Part shown: piece by piece, positions 58,710 through 64,000 of the stretch
How the letters are laid out: each line of letters opens with the position of its first letter
Position numbering within the stretch: the stretch's first letter is position 1
Assembly: GCA_965603825.1 (NCBI GenBank)
Contig: CBFDEM010000028.1
Span: 434,001-498,000 of the forward strand
DNA from: Blepharisma stoltei ATCC 30299
Taxonomy: Eukaryota; Protista; Ciliophora
Direction of reading: 5' to 3'
Length of the DNA: 64,000 bases
The notes under the pieces: model-generated
Databases searched by the model: none
Seen by the model: the letters and a program-made list of their open reading frames with translations, nothing else
Told to the model about the DNA's origin: nothing
Made by a program: the position numbers and the translations under genes

Positions 58710-59588
58710 TTAATTACGAAAATGCATTCTTGGTGAGACTAATTTTATAGGCCTTTTAGTTGTTGCTGGCATTTGGTACACATCTCCAAAGGACATTTCT
58801 CTAGGATCATCATAATTATTTAAGCAGTCGGAATCAAGAATCAGCCTTTTAATCCTATCATAAGCTTCTTTATTGTTTTGGCCTTGGCTTACTTTTACCT
58901 TACTTGGGGCTATTTCATACCCTGAAATTTCCCCGCTTTGTGGCAATGCTGTACTTTCGCTTCCACAGCTTTCGGATTCGCTTAATTGCAGGTTTTTCTT
59001 TTGTGAAGAAATTGGATTAAAAGAGAAACAAGGAGTCCTAATTTCCCTTTTAAAATTGAAAGCTGCAATGGATTTTATTTTTGACCTTGATTTCGCTGAC
59101 TCTTTACTGGGATTTGTAATATCGACAGGAACTGGAATTTTTGGTTTTATTGGCTGTTTCACGCCACTAGGCAAAATTCGTTTGGAGGCGTGAAAAATTA
59201 GGTTTGGCTTTACGTTGCTTAGTATAGCTTCAGAGTTACAATGATTCATACTTCGGGTAGATCTACACTGGCTTCTTTGAGATTCAGGTGCAATCAAGAA
59301 AGGGATTTTTTCATCGACAGGGAGGGGCAAGTTTGGTATTTGCAAGCCTGCTGTTGATGCTCTAGGGGTGCTTCGCTTAGATGGACAAATAGGGCGAAGA
59401 GTGGGGATACTTGATCCATCCAGTCTGATATTTTGAAATGGGTCTTGAACTGGAAGCTGATTGGTACTCAAAAAACTGTTTTTAGGCGAGTTGAGCTCAG
59501 ATATAGAAAGATGCCGTTTGTTTAGCTGAGAAAACTCAAGATCCCTAGCCCTTATTTTTATCCTTGGTGGCATCAAGTTTCTCTTCAT
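58710..59588 (-). CDS. Hypothetical S/P-rich protein
   Basis: 292-aa ATG..TAA ORF. Confidence 0.75.
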   Translation of the reverse strand: MKRNLMPPRIKIRARDLEFSQLNKRHLSISELNSPKNSFLSTNQLPVQDPFQNIRLDGSSIPTLRPICPSKRSTPRASTAGLQIPNLPLPVDEKIPFLIAPESQRSQCRSTRSMNHCNSEAILSNVKPNLIFHASKRILPSGVKQPIKPKIPVPVDITNPSKESAKSRSKIKSIAAFNFKREIRTPCFSFNPISSQKKNLQLSESESCGSESTALPQSGEISGYEIAPSKVKVSQGQNNKEAYDRIKRLILDSDCLNNYDDPREMSFGDVYQMPATTKRPIKLVSPRMHFRN

Positions 59589-60427
59589 TATATTAAATTT
59601 ATTACAAATAGAAAATTAAGGTGTTTTTATTTAAATTTACCATGCTTTGGCTTGAATTTTTGTAAATAATAGAAATTGGTCATACGTTGTCACTAATTGT
59701 TTTATTTTTTATTTATGGCTTGGAAATAAATTATTTCTTGGCTATTTCCAAAACTTTGATTTTTGGCTTAACAATAGCAAAATACATCTTTAATTTTTTT
59801 AATTATGTGGCACAGAATATGGCATAATTTGTATGGCATCTTAAGGCTTTACCTGGATTAGATAATTTTGCAAAGATTTATCATGAATTTAACATCATTA
59901 TATATTTTATTCGCCTATTAATTTAATAACTTATATATGAAGCTTTTTTAGAGGATCAGCTATAAAAATATTGAAGATTTCAAATTCTTAACTGTTCAGA
60001 TCTCTTTGAGCAGAAAAATTTCAATCCTAATAGTCTTTAATCCATATTTTCTTTCAGTTACCTAGTTAGCTGAGCAGCTTTTACCTCAGCTGACTATAAG
60101 TGTTCCCATTTTTAAGATTTATATAATCTTGTGGATTGCAATATATTTTTGAAAGAATTCAAATTATATACACATGGAAATCTGTAAAATAAGCTAAATG
60201 GTCTAAAATCTTAAAAGCTGATACAATTAGCCGTTTTAACACAATTAAATTGAACTAATAGCTAAAAAAAGATTCTGCTAAATATCATGGAAAATAATAT
60301 GCATTTATTAAAGCTATTTATAGCAACAGCCTCATTAAAAGTTAAGTATCAGCCAGCCGGATTTGGGAATAAATTTAAAAAACTGAGAAGCTCCATCCAT
60401 TTTGCATTATTAAAATAAATTAAAGTA

Positions 60428-61960
60428 ATGGGCTGCTGTGCTGCTAAACATTCCCCAACTTCTCCACAAACAGTTGTAGCTAGTAGTCTGACTGTTCCAA
60501 ATAAAGAAGGATCAATAGATGCTTCTATCCAAACTCCAAAATCTCAAACTAACGACGCTTTATACATAATAACAGATGGTAAATTTTAAACAGACATCCA
60601 CAAATATTACGATTTACAAAAAGTCCTCGGTAAAGGCTTCTACGGAGTTGTCAAATTAGGAGTCAGCAAGCTTGGAAATCACCAAAAATATGCTATTAAG
60701 AGCTTAAACAAAGAAAAAATAAAAAAAGACATACAATCCTTACAAAGGGAACTGACGATCCTCAAAACCAGTGATCATCCTAATATAATCAAGCTTTACG
60801 AGGTATTTGAAGATGAAAACTTTATACATATTGTCATGGAGTATTGCTCCGGAGGAGAACTCTTTGACAAAATCAATAAGAAAACGAGATTCACTGAAAG
60901 AGAATCAGCGCATGCATCTTATAAAATGTTTTATGCTATTAACCATCTACATACTGGAAATATTGCACATAGAGATCTGAAGCCGGAAAACTGTCTTTTT
61001 GACTCTAATAAAGAAGATGCAGAGCTAAAATTAGTAGATTTTGGCCTTGCTAGTAAATTTTCAGGAATGACTATGAAAACAATGGTTGGGACTGCTTTAT
61101 ATGTTGCTCCTGAGGTTTTAGGAGAAAAATATGGCCCTGAATGTGACGTCTGAAGCCTAGGCGTGATCACTTATACCATGATCGCTGGCTATCAACCTTT
61201 TCGAGGAGAAACCAACAAAGAAGTGTTCAAAAGCATCAGAAAAGCCAATATTTCTATGAAAGAGCCTGAGTTTGAACGAGTTTCTAAAGAATTTAAAGAC
61301 TTTATCAGGCGAGTTTTATGCCCAGATCCTAGCAAACGTATAACTGCAGCTGAAGCTTTAAGACACCCATGGTTTACTCTTATGGGCGCTAACAGACTAA
61401 AACCTTTAGATATGAACGTCATATCGCGACTCAGGAGTTTTACTTCAACCCATCGACTAAAGGTAGAAGCAATCAGAATTATCATAAAATTCATGAACGT
61501 TAAAGAAACTTCTCTTGCTCTTGATAATTTCAAAGTATTAGATACTGATCTTACAGGATTTATAACTGTACAAGGGCTTGAGCAAAGCTTAAGGGCAGCA
61601 AATATAGAGATAACAGCTAGTGAACTGAACAATATTTTTATACAGGTTGACTTGAATGGTAACGGAAAAATCAATTATACAGAATTTGTTATAGCCACTT
61701 TGGATCCTGCTATTATGATGAAAGAAGAAAATTTAATGGCTGCATATAAAACTTTTGATATCGTAATCATTATATAGGATGATGTAGGATATTTTACAGC
61801 TTCACAAGTAAAAAGAGTCATTGATAAATCAGGAAGAACTATTACAGAGCACGAAGTTGAAGAAATGATGAACCTAAATTGGTTAAAACAGCACGGAAAA
61901 GTTGACTATGAGGATTTCGTCAAATTATTTGACGAGAATCCTCCAAGCGCTCGTGCATAA
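60428..61960 (+). CDS. Calcium-dependent protein kinase (CDPK); 15-nt introns 60579-60593 and 61763-61777
   Basis: MGCC acylation start, GKGFYG, HRDLKPEN, DFG, DVW(TGA)SLG, EF-hands DTDLTGFIT and DLNGNGKINYTE. Confidence 0.93.
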
Positions 61961-62022
61961 AAACCGGATAAGTGAGTTTTTAAATGATTAGCTTTATTTT
62001 TTATATAAAATTGATAATTTAA

Positions 62023-63603
62023 ATGTCTTATTCTAAAACTGGGAAAAAGACCCAAAGACCTCAGCCAATCCGAAACAGAGCAGCTCCACCTTTAGAGCAA
62101 TTTCAGCTTAACGACAACTATGATCTACAAAGATGAAATGTTATCAACATGCAATATAACTCCTTATTCAGAGAAAAGCCAGAAAACCCTAATAAATCCA
62201 ATCAATCTCCAAACTCGTCTTTTTCTAAATCTCTTGACAGATCAGCAAAGCGCTTTGATAATCTTCCAAAGCCTACTTCTGAAGAACTCAAAGCAAGATA
62301 TTATCATATTCCTCAATTGGTGGTAGAGAATGGAGAATTTAATGACCTTCCTAAACCGAAATTTATTTTGGAAGAAGCTGAGCGAAAGGTCGCCAAAAGG
62401 ACAGAAGGGATTGACCAAAATAGTTTACCTTATGAGGTATATCTGAGAAGAATGGTCCAAGAAATTCATTTAATAAAGCTAGAAGATAAAGAAAATCAAT
62501 GGAAAAATGAACTAGCCCAAGCTGAAGAAGCACTCAGAAGAGTCAAAGAAAGAAAAGACGAGCTCGAAAGCTTAGTGAAAAACAGGCAAGCCCACAAGCT
62601 TATTGAGTCTGAAGGCAGCAAAGAGATATCAAAGCTGCTTGAATTAAAAGCAAAAGTTCAAAATGATATCGAAAAAATCGATGAAGCTAAAGGAATCCTA
62701 AATAGCGAAGTAGACAACTTGCATAAAGAACTCGAAGAACTCTCAGATCAATTCTCTCATAGAGAAGCCCATTTATCTGATCAAATAGAAGCTATAAGCA
62801 AAAGATTGACTATGAGTGATAATGAAAGGATTGAAAATATGGCTAAAGAAAAAACTCTTCTTTTAAGCAAGCAAAATGAGTTAATTTTACGAAAACAAGA
62901 AGTCTATGAAAAATGAGAACAAGAAAATAAACAGCTTGTCGCGATTTATGAACAAACTGAAGATAAAAAAGCAGTTATTACTCAAGAGCTGCAAGAGCTG
63001 CAGATGCAGAAAGACAAACTGGAAGCAGAAAGAGAAGAATTTGAAAGAGAAAACGCGAAGTTTGAAGAAGAAATGCAGATTATTACAAATAATCAGCACA
63101 CTTTAATTTTACATAATAAATTTCAAGAAAAAGCTAAATCTCCAGAACTTGCACAAAAAATAACCGAAACAGTCCAAAAAGCAGCTGGGATGATATTAGA
63201 AATAATGAAAGAAAATAACTATATAAGTCCATCTCAGATTTCATCAGCTCTTTATACAGAAGACGATAGAAATGAAACTGCTATTTCGAGTAAGCAAGGA
63301 ATTTTGAAAGATATTCTTCTACAGCTAAAGCTTAAGCAAGACTCTCGTATGGAAGAAATTGATAAAAACAGCAGTGAACAAGCGTCAGTATTAAATTCGA
63401 GAATTGAAGAAGAAAAAACCAGACGGTCAAGATCTCCGTCACCCATTTCTAGAACTCCTAAAACCCCAATAAATGAAGGAAAAACTACTGCGTCTTTGAG
63501 GCTTAATAATTTATCTCAAAGGATTAATAATTCTATGTCAAAAAGCCTGAACTCCACATTTAATATGAAGAGCAACCGATCAATGATTAACCTTGATCTC
63601 TAA
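62023..63603 (+). CDS. Coiled-coil hypothetical protein (526 aa)
   Basis: Continuous frame across two TGA from ATG 62023 to TAA. Confidence 0.78.
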
Positions 63604-63629
63604 ATTTTAATATAGACCTATTATAATAT

Positions 63630-64000
63630 ATGGAAATCACTATTACTGATCCTGATGATTACACACAAAGGCCAAGAATCTTTAGTCTTAATAGCATTGA
63701 TACTAGGAAGTCCACGAATTCTTTAAATATTCATTTGCCTACCCCCAAAGGCAGCCTATCTAGCTACTCTCGGATTAGTTTATTTTCACCAAAAACACCA
63801 AAAACACCGAAATCAACAAGAATCAAGTATAAGAATAAATCACATGGAAAAATAGATTTTCATACAAAAGAATTTTACGACAAAAACTTTTCACCTAAAA
63901 ACGTCGATTCTGAAATCATCAAAAGTGTTTTGGCCAAGACTTCTCATCCTACAACCGCCAATATTTTAGAAAAGAATCGACAAAAATTATATGAGAAACC
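63630..64000 (+). CDS. Hypothetical protein, 3'-truncated by the window edge
   Basis: MEITITDPDDYTQRPRIFSLNS... frame appears open to the end of the window. Confidence 0.65.
   Translation, partial: MEITITDPDDYTQRPRIFSLNSIDTRKSTNSLNIHLPTPKGSLSSYSRISLFSPKTPKTPKSTRIKYKNKSHGKIDFHTKEFYDKNFSPKNVDSEIIKSVLAKTSHPTTANILEKNRQKLYEK

Noticed and set aside
1-64000. CRISPR arrays, rRNA, tRNA
   Set aside because: No spaced direct repeats or recognisable RNA-gene motifs seen by eye; tRNAscan-SE and Infernal would be needed to exclude them fully

Overview
AT-rich, gene-dense eukaryotic DNA that reads as a heterotrich ciliate macronuclear region, most likely Blepharisma. TGA behaves as Trp: it sits at invariant Trp positions of Myb, kinase, IQ and K-channel motifs and swaps with TGG between paralogs, while TAA/TAG end the genes. 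Ten tiny 15-16 nt GT-AG introns are detectable. The supplied standard-code ORF track fragments many genes; re-read with TGA=Trp and these introns, about 46 protein genes emerge. They include TBP, TAF12, RPS9, Rieske ISP, Rab6, Ykt6, PTDSS, Myb, an RPA2-like protein, a CDPK, two kinases and three cyclic-nucleotide-binding channels. Highlights: (1) a 305-aa secreted, catalytically dead papain-like glycoprotein that fits the mating pheromone gamone 1 (blepharmone), with an unusual upstream region; (2) several pseudoenzymes (motor-dead myosin, dead deformylase, dead HAD phosphatase); (3) channels carrying CCHC zinc knuckles; (4) a RING-CH/DUF179 fusion; (5) near-zero head-to-tail gene spacing; (6) gene-specific avoidance of TGA-Trp; (7) a recurrent G-run upstream of start codons; (8) a GC-rich, self-complementary island without a convincing gene. 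No rRNA, tRNA, CRISPR array or intact transposon was recognised. All family calls come from motif recognition by eye, not database searches.
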